A stretch of 43,057 nucleotides of DNA from Thermodesulfobacteriota bacterium (GTDB lineage Bacteria > Desulfobacterota > JAZFTZ01): the NCBI GenBank assembly GCA_036446955.1, contig JAZFTZ010000166.1, forward strand, positions 1 to 43,057, in the 5' to 3' direction. The translations under genes were made by a program, and so were the position numbers. Below the pieces are notes generated by a model that was not told where the DNA came from, made no database searches, and saw nothing but the letters and a program-made list of their open reading frames with translations. Each line of letters begins with the position of its first letter. The stretch's first letter is position 1. Of this stretch, positions 7,109 through 15,090 are shown in pieces.

Positions 7109-7306
7109 TCCCTCCAGCTTGTCCAGGGCATCAGCCAGTCGCTTGCGCATGGTATCGGTGGTGCCCCGTAAGGAATCGGTGGCCCCCTTTATGGCGTTCA
7201 TCTCCCTTTTCAGGTCGTCCAGCGCGCCGGTCTTACGCAAGGCCATAAAGGCCAGGGCCAGGGCGATAAGCGCCAGGACAAGGGCGATTATTGCTATAGC
7301 CAGCAT
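7079..7306 (-). CDS. Small membrane-anchored coiled-coil protein (hypothetical)
   Basis: The 75-aa ORF has an N-terminal TM helix (MLAIAIIALVLALIALALAFMAL) followed by a charged helical tail. A strong AAGGAGA RBS lies about 5 nt upstream. Its 3' end overlaps the convergent THEP1 gene by 30 nt. Confidence 0.6.
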   Translation of the reverse strand: MLAIAIIALVLALIALALAFMALRKTGALDDLKREMNAIKGATDSLRGTTDTMRKRLADALDKLEGLVRGDKTSS

Positions 7307-7359
7307 GGTTATCTCCTTCTTATAAAAGTTTGGCCAATTGCCTCGGTATGGGTGGCTCG

Positions 7360-8037
7360 CTATGATTTCTGTTTGTTCTTCAGATAGTCTACCATCCTGT
7401 ATTGAACAAACTCCTCCACGCCTTTCCAGCGCAGGTACGGATTCCTCTGCTTCTCCCGGCCTAATGTAGATACGGGCATATCCCCGTAGTCATGGCCGGA
7501 GAGGATTTGGGTATCATCAGGCAGGGCCATCAATTTTTTATACAGGCTATTGTACAGCGCGTGCGGATCTCCTCCGCTCAGATCGCAGCGGCCAGACCCG
7601 TTGACGAAAAGGGTATCTCCGGTAAACAGTTTGTCCTGGACAAGGTAACACAGTCCACCGGGAGTATGGCCCGGGGTATGAATGGCCTTGATCACCAGCC
7701 CGCCGATAGGTATCTGATCGCCATCTTCCACCGGGCGGAGGGCTGGCTGCTCTACCCCGCTTAGCGCGGCCAGGGCCCGCTCCTTCTCCAGCGGGTGAAC
7801 ATACACCTGGGAACCCGTTTCCCTTACCAGCTCAGCCAGGCCCGCGGTATGGTCCCCATGGGTATGGGTCAAAAGGGCCAACACTATCCGGCGGCCATCA
7901 GCACTGGCCTGGGAAAGGACTTTTTCCACCTCAAAACCGGGGTCTATCACCGCCGTATCCACGCCCTCCTCCGGACCCAACAGGTAGGTAAAATTCGGCT
8001 CCGAACCGAGCCTTAACTGCCTAAGGTACATATCCAA
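7360..8037 (-). CDS. MBL-fold metallo-hydrolase (glyoxalase II / hydroxyacylglutathione hydrolase-like)
   Basis: The THTHGDH motif is present, followed by downstream HTPGHTPG and a D..H ligand pattern. The ORF is 225 aa. Confidence 0.85.
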   Translation of the reverse strand: MDMYLRQLRLGSEPNFTYLLGPEEGVDTAVIDPGFEVEKVLSQASADGRRIVLALLTHTHGDHTAGLAELVRETGSQVYVHPLEKERALAALSGVEQPALRPVEDGDQIPIGGLVIKAIHTPGHTPGGLCYLVQDKLFTGDTLFVNGSGRCDLSGGDPHALYNSLYKKLMALPDDTQILSGHDYGDMPVSTLGREKQRNPYLRWKGVEEFVQYRMVDYLKNKQKS

Positions 8038-8113
8038 CTCCCACTTTTAGCCCGAGCGTATTTATCCTGTATAATATATCTATCAAATATTCGAGGTAAA
8101 AGGGTCAATAATC

Positions 8114-8142
8114 TTGACAAAAACGGAAAACCTGGTTTTTAT
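8114..8142 (+). promoter_or_regulatory. Possible sigma70 promoter (TTGACA-17 nt-TTTTAT)
   Basis: A consensus -35 lies at 8114-8119, but the -10 is weak. It is upstream of the gene starting at 8169. Confidence 0.3.
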
Positions 8143-8168
8143 TAGATTACCCTTTATCGGAGTGAAAA

Positions 8169-9413
8169 TTGGCCAAGATCTATATGTATCAGGTAAGCCA
8201 GCTAAAGCGTGTTCCCAGGGTGGATGATGTGGAAGAAAAAATCCTGGAGGAATTGGACGCGCTTAACCTTAAACGCCGGCTGCGCAAGGAGGCCAGCGTA
8301 GCCATTACCGGGAGCAGCCGGGGTATGCTTGCCGGGCCAACAATATTTAGAACAGTGGCCACCAGGCTTAAAGAGCTGTCAGCTAGGCCATTTATAGTCC
8401 CGGCCATGGGAAGTCACGGAGGGGCCAGCGCCAAGGGCCAGATTCAGGTATTGGCCTCCTTAGGCATAACCTCCAACTCTATGGGTGTGCCGATTAAAGC
8501 CAGCATGGAAACCGTTAAAACCGGCACCACCCGTTCCGGATGTCCGGTATACATAGATAAACATGCGGCCGGCGCGGACTGGGTGGTGGTGATCAACCGC
8601 ATAAAGCCGCATACCAATTTTCATGCTCCGGTGGAGAGCGGCCTGCTTAAAATGATGGCCGTTGGGCTGGGCAAGGCTGATGGTGCCCGGGTGATTCATC
8701 AGATCGCGGCCCGGCGCGGTTATTACCAGACAATATTGGAAGTAGCCAACGAGGTGATGAAGAAATGCCGGGTATTATTTGGCTTGGCCACGGTGGAGAA
8801 TCTTTATCATGAAGTAGCCATCCTAAAGGCTCTTCCGGCCGAAAAAATAGCCAGCCAAGAAAAGAAGCTGCTCAACCGGGCGAGGGAGTTGATGGGACGA
8901 ATTCCCTTCAAGGATATTGACCTGCTTATAGTGGATGAAATGGGAAAGAATATCAGCGGTGCCGGAATGGACACCAATGTCATTGGCCGGTGGCCAGCCA
9001 AAGCTCATATTGCACCGAAGATAAAGAGGATCTATGTCCGGGACTTAACCCCCGAGTCCCGTGGCAACGCGCTGGGAGTGGGTAACGCCGACCTTATCAG
9101 CAGAATATTGCATAAAAAGATAAACCTGCCGGCCACGGCTATTAATGCCCTGAGTGCCGGTGTGCCCGAGCAAGCTCGGTTACCCCTGGCTATTGAAAAC
9201 GACCGGGGAGCCGTCGAGGTGGCGCTTGCCACTCTGGGACTGGAGGCGGATAAAGCCAGGATTGTCTGGATAAAGAACACCTCGGAGCTGGCTAACTTTA
9301 AGATATCCAGCCAGCTGGTTAAGGAAGCTAAACGGCTCCCAGGTCTTGAAGTTAACACAAATGCCCAGGGGCTAACCTTTGATGAAAAGGGCATATTGGT
9401 TGACCTGCCTTAA
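8169..9413 (+). CDS. LarA-like N-terminal domain (DUF2088-type) protein; function uncertain
   Basis: The 414-aa ORF starts at TTG with GGAG 7 nt upstream. The motif block FIVPAMGSHGGASAKGQ...NRIKPHTNFHAPVESGLLKMMAVGLGK resembles proteins annotated as lactate racemase domain-containing. The CDS itself is solid, but the family call is made from memory only. Confidence 0.55.
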   Translation: MAKIYMYQVSQLKRVPRVDDVEEKILEELDALNLKRRLRKEASVAITGSSRGMLAGPTIFRTVATRLKELSARPFIVPAMGSHGGASAKGQIQVLASLGITSNSMGVPIKASMETVKTGTTRSGCPVYIDKHAAGADWVVVINRIKPHTNFHAPVESGLLKMMAVGLGKADGARVIHQIAARRGYYQTILEVANEVMKKCRVLFGLATVENLYHEVAILKALPAEKIASQEKKLLNRARELMGRIPFKDIDLLIVDEMGKNISGAGMDTNVIGRWPAKAHIAPKIKRIYVRDLTPESRGNALGVGNADLISRILHKKINLPATAINALSAGVPEQARLPLAIENDRGAVEVALATLGLEADKARIVWIKNTSELANFKISSQLVKEAKRLPGLEVNTNAQGLTFDEKGILVDLP

Positions 9414-9427
9414 TTTGAGGAGAAAAT

Positions 9428-11425
9428 ATGTCCAACCTTGGAGTAGATACTGGCGGAACCTTCACCGACTTTGTATTTTTAGATGATGGAAGGCTAACCT
9501 GTTTCAAGATTCTGTCCTCTCCGGCCAATCCTGCTGACGCGGTGATATCGGGATGCAAGGATATAACCGACACCGTGAAAGGACTTGGCCTGGTTCATGG
9601 CACCACCGTGGCCACCAATGCCTTGCTGGAAGGCAAGCACGAGAAGACCGCGCTCATAACCACCAAAGGATTCGAGGACATCCTCGAGATAGGCAGGCAA
9701 AACCGTCCCCAGCTTTATAATCTGGCCGTAGAAAAGCCCCGGGCTTTGATACCGGCCCGGCGACGTTTCGGGATCTCAGAGAGGGTGACCGTTAGCGGCG
9801 AGGTTCTGGAAGAGGTTGACCGAAAGGAGTTAGCTAGGCTCCTTGACCAGGTGAAGAAGGAAAAGGTATCCGCGTTGGCAATCTGTTTGCTTTCCTCCTT
9901 CGCCAACCCCAGTAACGAGCAAATAGTGGAGGAAGCCGCCCGGCAGTTATCCATTCCCGTCTGTGCCTCGTACAAGGCGCTGCGGGAATTTCGCGAGTAT
10001 GAGAGGCTGACCACTACGGTAATCAATGCCGCGCTTATGCCCGTCATGGACGGATACCTCACCAAGTTGGAGGGAGCCCTGCAGGGCTCCCTGCTGAGGA
10101 TAATGCAATCCAACGGAGGCAGTGTCAGCACCCGAGGGGCACGCCTCTATCCCGTTCGCACCATCCTCTCCGGCCCAGCCGGAGGAGTATTAGGGGCTAC
10201 GGAGGTGGCCGCAGCCGCGGGGTTTAAAGATATAATCTCCTTCGATATGGGCGGCACCTCTACCGACGTCAGCCTGGTAAAAGGCAATATACAAACGGTT
10301 ACTGAGACCCGCGTGGCTAACCTTCCTGTAAAAGTACCGGTTATTGATATTCACAGCGTGGGCGCTGGAGGTGGTTCCCTGGCCTTTGTCGACCCCGGCG
10401 GTGCTCTACAAGTGGGGCCGCAAAGCGCTGGCGCTGACCCTGGCCCCATCTGTTACGGAAAAGGCAAGGGGGTGACGGTAACTGATGCCAACCTCTATCT
10501 GGGGCGCATCGACCCTGATTATTTCCTGGGCGGCAACATGCCTCTGTATAAGGAAAGGGTCGGCCGCTATTTAGCCAAGCTGGCCCGAGAACTCAAACTA
10601 CCGCCAGAGGAAGCTGCCCAGGGTGTTATCCGGGTAGCCAACGCCACCATGGAACGGGCGCTGAGGGTCATCACGGTAGAGCGGGGGCATGATCCGCGGG
10701 ATTTCACCTTGGTTAGTTTTGGCGGCGCGGGCGGGTTGCATGCCTGCGCCCTAGCCAGACGCCTTTCCATACCCCGGATACTTATTCCCCGGAATCCTGG
10801 AACCCTGTCAGCCCAGGGTATGATGCGCTCGGACGTCTTTCACGAGTACGCCCAGTCAGTGTTGCTCAAGCTAAAGGATGTAGGCAAGAAGACCCTTCCC
10901 AACTTGTTCGCGCCCCTGATCAAAAGGGCCACTGCTAATCTGGCCCGGACGGGGTTTACGCCTTCCAAGATAAGATTCTTACCCTCGGTGGATATGCGCT
11001 ACGAGGGGCAATCTTACGAGCTTAATCTGCCCTTAAATCTTAAGAACCTGATGCTAGCGGCCAGGAGTTTCCACAGCCTCCACCAGAAGGTCTACGGATA
11101 CGCCCACCCGGGAAGGAAGTGTGAGATAGTTACCCTCAGGCTCAGGGCGGTAGGCAAGACAAAAAAGCCGCGAATTGATCCCTGGCAACCGTCCCGTTCT
11201 AAATCCACCAGACCCGCTGCCAGGACCGGCTCCATCTATTATCGAGGCAAGAGCTGGCCGACGCCCGTTTACGAGCGGGACAGCTTGTTGCCGGGCAAGT
11301 CGTGGACAGGCCCAATGCTGATAGTTGAGTATTCAGCCACCCATTTTATCCCCCCTCGCTTTCGACTGAATGTGGATGAATGGGGGAATCTGGTTATATC
11401 CACGCCTGAGCAGAAAGGCAGTTAA
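9428..11425 (+). CDS. hyuA: Hydantoinase/oxoprolinase family, A (ATP-binding) subunit
   Basis: The N-terminus reads LGVDTGGTFTDFV, with the later blocks FDMGGTSTDVS and VSFGGAGGLHA. The ORF is 665 aa with a GAGGAG RBS. Confidence 0.9.
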   Translation: MSNLGVDTGGTFTDFVFLDDGRLTCFKILSSPANPADAVISGCKDITDTVKGLGLVHGTTVATNALLEGKHEKTALITTKGFEDILEIGRQNRPQLYNLAVEKPRALIPARRRFGISERVTVSGEVLEEVDRKELARLLDQVKKEKVSALAICLLSSFANPSNEQIVEEAARQLSIPVCASYKALREFREYERLTTTVINAALMPVMDGYLTKLEGALQGSLLRIMQSNGGSVSTRGARLYPVRTILSGPAGGVLGATEVAAAAGFKDIISFDMGGTSTDVSLVKGNIQTVTETRVANLPVKVPVIDIHSVGAGGGSLAFVDPGGALQVGPQSAGADPGPICYGKGKGVTVTDANLYLGRIDPDYFLGGNMPLYKERVGRYLAKLARELKLPPEEAAQGVIRVANATMERALRVITVERGHDPRDFTLVSFGGAGGLHACALARRLSIPRILIPRNPGTLSAQGMMRSDVFHEYAQSVLLKLKDVGKKTLPNLFAPLIKRATANLARTGFTPSKIRFLPSVDMRYEGQSYELNLPLNLKNLMLAARSFHSLHQKVYGYAHPGRKCEIVTLRLRAVGKTKKPRIDPWQPSRSKSTRPAARTGSIYYRGKSWPTPVYERDSLLPGKSWTGPMLIVEYSATHFIPPRFRLNVDEWGNLVISTPEQKGS

Positions 11426-11426
11426 T

Positions 11427-13007
11427 ATGCGAGCGAAGTTTGACCCAGTAAGGCTGGAGGTGTTCAAAAACCTTTTCACCTCAGTGGCAGAGGAGATGGG
11501 GGTAGCCCTTAGAAGGAGCAGCTTTTCTCCCAACATAAAGGAGAGGCTGGACTTCTCCTGTGCCATCTTCAATTCTCAGGGCGAGATGGTGGCCCAGGCA
11601 GCCCACATCCCGGTCCATTTAGGCTCCATGCCCCTATCGGTGCAAACAGCCATAAAGGAGGTTTCCACGGAAGAGGGGGACGTGGTGCTGACCAATGACC
11701 CTTTTCGGGGCGGTAACCATCTCCCCGACCTGACCCTGGTGGCCCCGCTCTATGTCGAGGGTGGCAGCAAACCGCTGTTTTACATAGCCAACCGGGCCCA
11801 CCATGCCGATGTGGGCGGAATCACACCCGGTTCAATGCCTCTTTCCCAGGAGATCTTCGAGGAGGGGATAGTAATTCCGCCGGTGAAGATAGTGAGAAAG
11901 GGGAGGCTACAAAAAGAGATCTTAGAAGTTCTGTTGGCTAATGTGCGCACTCCAAATGAGAGGGAAGGAGACCTTACCGCTCAGCTGGCGGCCATAAAGA
12001 TGGGGCAGCGAAGGTTGCCGGAGATAGTGGCCCGCTATGGCGAGCAGCAAGTAACCCAATACGCTGATTTCCTCCTCTCCTATGGAGAGAGGATGGTGGG
12101 TCATTGCCTGAAGGCAATACCCAACGGCTCTTACTACTTTGAGGACTTCCTGGACGATGATGGCATTGGCGGGCCACCGGTAAAAATAGCTGTGAATATA
12201 GAGATCAAAGGCTCTCGGGCGGTAGTAGATTTCTCCAACAGTGCCCCCCAGGTCAAGGGAAACATGAACGCGGTCTACTCCATAGTCAACTCCGCGGTCT
12301 TCTATGTCTTTCGGTCCCTGGCAGGAATCGGTGTGCCAGAGAACGGGGGCTGCATGCGCCCGATTCGAATAGTGGCGCCGGAGGGAAGTGTGGTGAACGC
12401 CCGCGCCCCGGCCGCGGTGGCGGGGGGAAATGTCGAGGTCTCCCAGCGCATGGTAGATGTACTCCTGGGCGCGCTGGCTCAAGCCCGGCCCGATCTGGTT
12501 CCCGCGGCCAGCTCAGGCTCAATGAATAATCTGACCATCGGGGGATGGGACCCAAGGAGGAACCGGCCTTTTGCCTATTACGAAACCGTCGCCGGCGGCA
12601 TGGGGGCACGGCCCTTTGCTGACGGCCTGGACGCGGTTCATACCCACATGACCAATACCCTGAATACTCCGGTGGAAGCGCTGGAATATGATTACCCGCT
12701 GATGGTGAAAAGGTACTGCCTTCGGCCGGGCTCAGGCGGGAAAGGCAAATTTTCCGGAGGAAAAGGAATCATCAGGGAGATTCTCGCGCTGACCGACGTG
12801 CAAGTAACCATCTTATCTGAGCGAAGGAAGTTTCGACCTTATGGACTTGCGGGAGGTGAGCCGGGTAAACCAGGAAAGAACTACCTGATAACCACCTCCG
12901 GACAAGAAAAGCTGCTCCCCTCCAAGGTCTGCCTGCGTATCAAGAAGGGAGAAATAATAGGCATGGCTACCCCAGGAGGAGGAGGGCACGGTAAACCGGG
13001 TCGGTAA
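11427..13007 (+). CDS. hyuB: Hydantoinase/oxoprolinase family, B subunit
   Basis: The start was trimmed to ATG 11427, one nt after the hyuA TAA. The N-terminus DPVRLEVFKNLFTSVAEEMG is typical of HyuB. Confidence 0.9.
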   Translation: MRAKFDPVRLEVFKNLFTSVAEEMGVALRRSSFSPNIKERLDFSCAIFNSQGEMVAQAAHIPVHLGSMPLSVQTAIKEVSTEEGDVVLTNDPFRGGNHLPDLTLVAPLYVEGGSKPLFYIANRAHHADVGGITPGSMPLSQEIFEEGIVIPPVKIVRKGRLQKEILEVLLANVRTPNEREGDLTAQLAAIKMGQRRLPEIVARYGEQQVTQYADFLLSYGERMVGHCLKAIPNGSYYFEDFLDDDGIGGPPVKIAVNIEIKGSRAVVDFSNSAPQVKGNMNAVYSIVNSAVFYVFRSLAGIGVPENGGCMRPIRIVAPEGSVVNARAPAAVAGGNVEVSQRMVDVLLGALAQARPDLVPAASSGSMNNLTIGGWDPRRNRPFAYYETVAGGMGARPFADGLDAVHTHMTNTLNTPVEALEYDYPLMVKRYCLRPGSGGKGKFSGGKGIIREILALTDVQVTILSERRKFRPYGLAGGEPGKPGKNYLITTSGQEKLLPSKVCLRIKKGEIIGMATPGGGGHGKPGR

Positions 13008-13022
13008 CAACCGTGAGCCTTC

Positions 13023-13058
13023 CCAGGGGCCTACGGCCCCCCTGGAAAAACTCGGGGA
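13023..13058. repeat. GC-hairpin module plus partial core; bidirectional terminator-like element between convergent hyuB and OFOR-beta
   Basis: The hairpin is CCAGGGGCC-TAC-GGCCCC(CC)TGG, followed by AAAAACTCGGGGAGA. The reverse complement, GAGTTTTTCCAGGGGGGCCGTAGGCCCCTGGG, aligns with the reverse complement of 6501-6545. Confidence 0.55.
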
Positions 13059-13061
13059 GAT

Positions 13062-13940
13062 TTAGCCGGAATTCATCCCGGCTTTTTTCAAGAGCAACTC
13101 CCATTCCCAATCCACCTGCTGCTGGATATCTCTCATCTCCTGTTCACTGAGGTGGCTGTATCTGCCCTGCAACTTCAGATATTCCTCCACTGGCAGCCCT
13201 TTGGGAACCCGGTTGATAGTATAGTTCCAGCCCGCTTCCACTTCGTAAAGGGGAAAGATTTTGGTGTCTACCGCCAGCCGGGCCAGCTTAACCGTGAGAT
13301 GGTCCGAGCTCTTCCAGCCGGGCGGGCAGGGGGCGAGGATATGGATGAACTTGCTGCCCCTGATGGACATGGCCTTTTTGATTTTCCTTATCAGGTCATC
13401 AGGGAAACCCACCGAGGCGTTAGCCGCGTACGGGATGCGGTGGGCGGCCAATATCTCCATCATGTCCTTCTTGGGCATATCCTTGCCGTAAGGGGTGGTT
13501 CCGGTCCAGGCCTTCCAAGGGGTGGCCGAACTTTTCTGGATACCGGTATTCATATAGCCTTCATTGTCATAGCAGACATAGATGAAATCTTCATTTCTAT
13601 CCACCGCGCCGGATAGGGCCTGAAAGCCGATGTCATAAGTGCCGCCATCCCCGGCCCAGCCGACTACGGTGGTCTCATAGTCGCCTTTCGCCTCCAGGCC
13701 GTGTTTTAGCCCAGAGGCCACCGCCGCCGCGGTGGCAAAGGCGGTATGGAATACCGGCACCTTCATGCAGGTAGTGGGATAGGGCCCGGTGATGACCACC
13801 GCGCAGCAGGCCGGCATCACCAGCATCACCTTGGTGCCCAGGGCCTTCAAGGCAAAGCGCAACGCCAGGGCCGCGCCGCAGCCGGGACAAGCCGGATGGC
13901 CGGAATAAATCAAGTCTGTCTCAGGAAGCTGGAATTTCAT
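13062..13940 (-). CDS. 2-oxoacid:ferredoxin oxidoreductase, beta (TPP-binding) subunit (POR/VOR type)
   Basis: The motifs GHPACPGCGAALALR, GDGGTYDIG and CYDNEGYMNTG are present. An AAGGTGA RBS precedes the ORF. Confidence 0.9.
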   Translation of the reverse strand: MKFQLPETDLIYSGHPACPGCGAALALRFALKALGTKVMLVMPACCAVVITGPYPTTCMKVPVFHTAFATAAAVASGLKHGLEAKGDYETTVVGWAGDGGTYDIGFQALSGAVDRNEDFIYVCYDNEGYMNTGIQKSSATPWKAWTGTTPYGKDMPKKDMMEILAAHRIPYAANASVGFPDDLIRKIKKAMSIRGSKFIHILAPCPPGWKSSDHLTVKLARLAVDTKIFPLYEVEAGWNYTINRVPKGLPVEEYLKLQGRYSHLSEQEMRDIQQQVDWEWELLLKKAGMNSG

Positions 13941-13944
13941 CTGA

Positions 13945-15090
13945 TCACCTTACCCAGATATAATCTTCTTTTGGCTGTGTATGTTTTTCCATGTATTCTA
14001 CCACCTCTTCAAGCAGGGCCGGGCTTACATCGCAGCCGCCCACCCCCGCCAGAAAGCCAAATACCGGGGCATGTCCAACCACATTGGCCAAAGCGGCTTT
14101 AACTTCCTGGCAAAATATCCCGCCGTGACCAAGAGATACGTTCCTATCCAGTACGGCTATCTTGCTTGCACCCGAGAGTGCCTGGCGGATTCGCTCCCCG
14201 GGGAAGGGACGGAAAAGTCTTATCTTAACCAAGCCCACCGACTTGCCCTTCCCTCTCAACTCATCCACTACATCCCGGGCGGTACCGGCTATAGTGCCTG
14301 AGGTAACCAGCACCATTTGGGCATCATGGCACTGGTACTCTTCCACCAATCCATAACCTCTGTTAAAGATTTCTTTAAACTCTCGGTCTGCCTTCTCAAC
14401 AACTCCTTTTACCGTCTCCATGTCGCGCTGCATCTTATACCTGAATTCTCGGTACTGCTCCTGAGTGGTGGTCGATCCAATTGTTCTGGGGTCATTGACG
14501 TCAAGCCTGTATTGGCCGGAGTAAGGAGGAAGATACCTATCCACTTGTTGCGGATCAGGCATCTCCACCGGCTCGGTGGTATGAGAGATGAGGAAAGCCT
14601 CGATAACCACCATGACCGGAAGCAACACCTCTTCCGCTACCCGGTAAGCCTGAATGAGATTATCCAGGGCCTCCTGGTTGTTCTCGCTGTAAATCTGTAC
14701 CCAGCCGGTATCTCGTTGAGAAAGGCTGTCGGTCTGATCACTCCAAAAGCTCCAAGGCGCGGCAATAGACCGATTCACATTAACCATGACAATGGGCAAC
14801 CGGTCGCCGGCGGCGAAATGGAGCAGTTCGTGCATCATCGCCAATCCCTGCGACGCGGTGGCGGTAAACACCCGGGCACCAGCCAGGGACGCGCCCATGC
14901 AAGCCGCCATGGCGGACTGTTCCGATTCCACCCTGATCATCCGAGCGTTCAACTCCCCGGAGATGGTCAAATCAGAGAGCTTCTCGTAGATAGGCGTCTG
15001 CGGTGTTATCGGGTAGGCGGCTATCACCTCTACCTTGACCAGCTTTACCCCGTAGGCGACCGCATGGTCTCCGGTCAGTAGCATGTTCAT
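13945..15090 (-). CDS. 2-oxoacid:ferredoxin oxidoreductase, alpha subunit
   Basis: The start was trimmed to ATG 15090 (MNMLLTGDHAVAYG...AAYPITPQT), which forms an ATGA overlap with the upstream gene stop (15087-15090). Confidence 0.9.
   Translation of the reverse strand: MNMLLTGDHAVAYGVKLVKVEVIAAYPITPQTPIYEKLSDLTISGELNARMIRVESEQSAMAACMGASLAGARVFTATASQGLAMMHELLHFAAGDRLPIVMVNVNRSIAAPWSFWSDQTDSLSQRDTGWVQIYSENNQEALDNLIQAYRVAEEVLLPVMVVIEAFLISHTTEPVEMPDPQQVDRYLPPYSGQYRLDVNDPRTIGSTTTQEQYREFRYKMQRDMETVKGVVEKADREFKEIFNRGYGLVEEYQCHDAQMVLVTSGTIAGTARDVVDELRGKGKSVGLVKIRLFRPFPGERIRQALSGASKIAVLDRNVSLGHGGIFCQEVKAALANVVGHAPVFGFLAGVGGCDVSPALLEEVVEYMEKHTQPKEDYIWVR

Noticed and set aside
11922-12482. A 186-aa minus-strand ORF inside hyuB, and similar ORFs at 9715-10131 and 15235-15645.
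   Set aside because: These are antisense shadow ORFs within strongly supported genes.
14317-15081. A 254-aa + strand ORF, with smaller ones at 13152-13616 and 13746-14102.
   Set aside because: These ORFs lie entirely antisense to the well-supported OFOR alpha and beta genes. Their composition is low-complexity and rich in Arg, Gly, His and Pro, they have no RBS, and they are typical shadow ORFs of GC-rich coding DNA.
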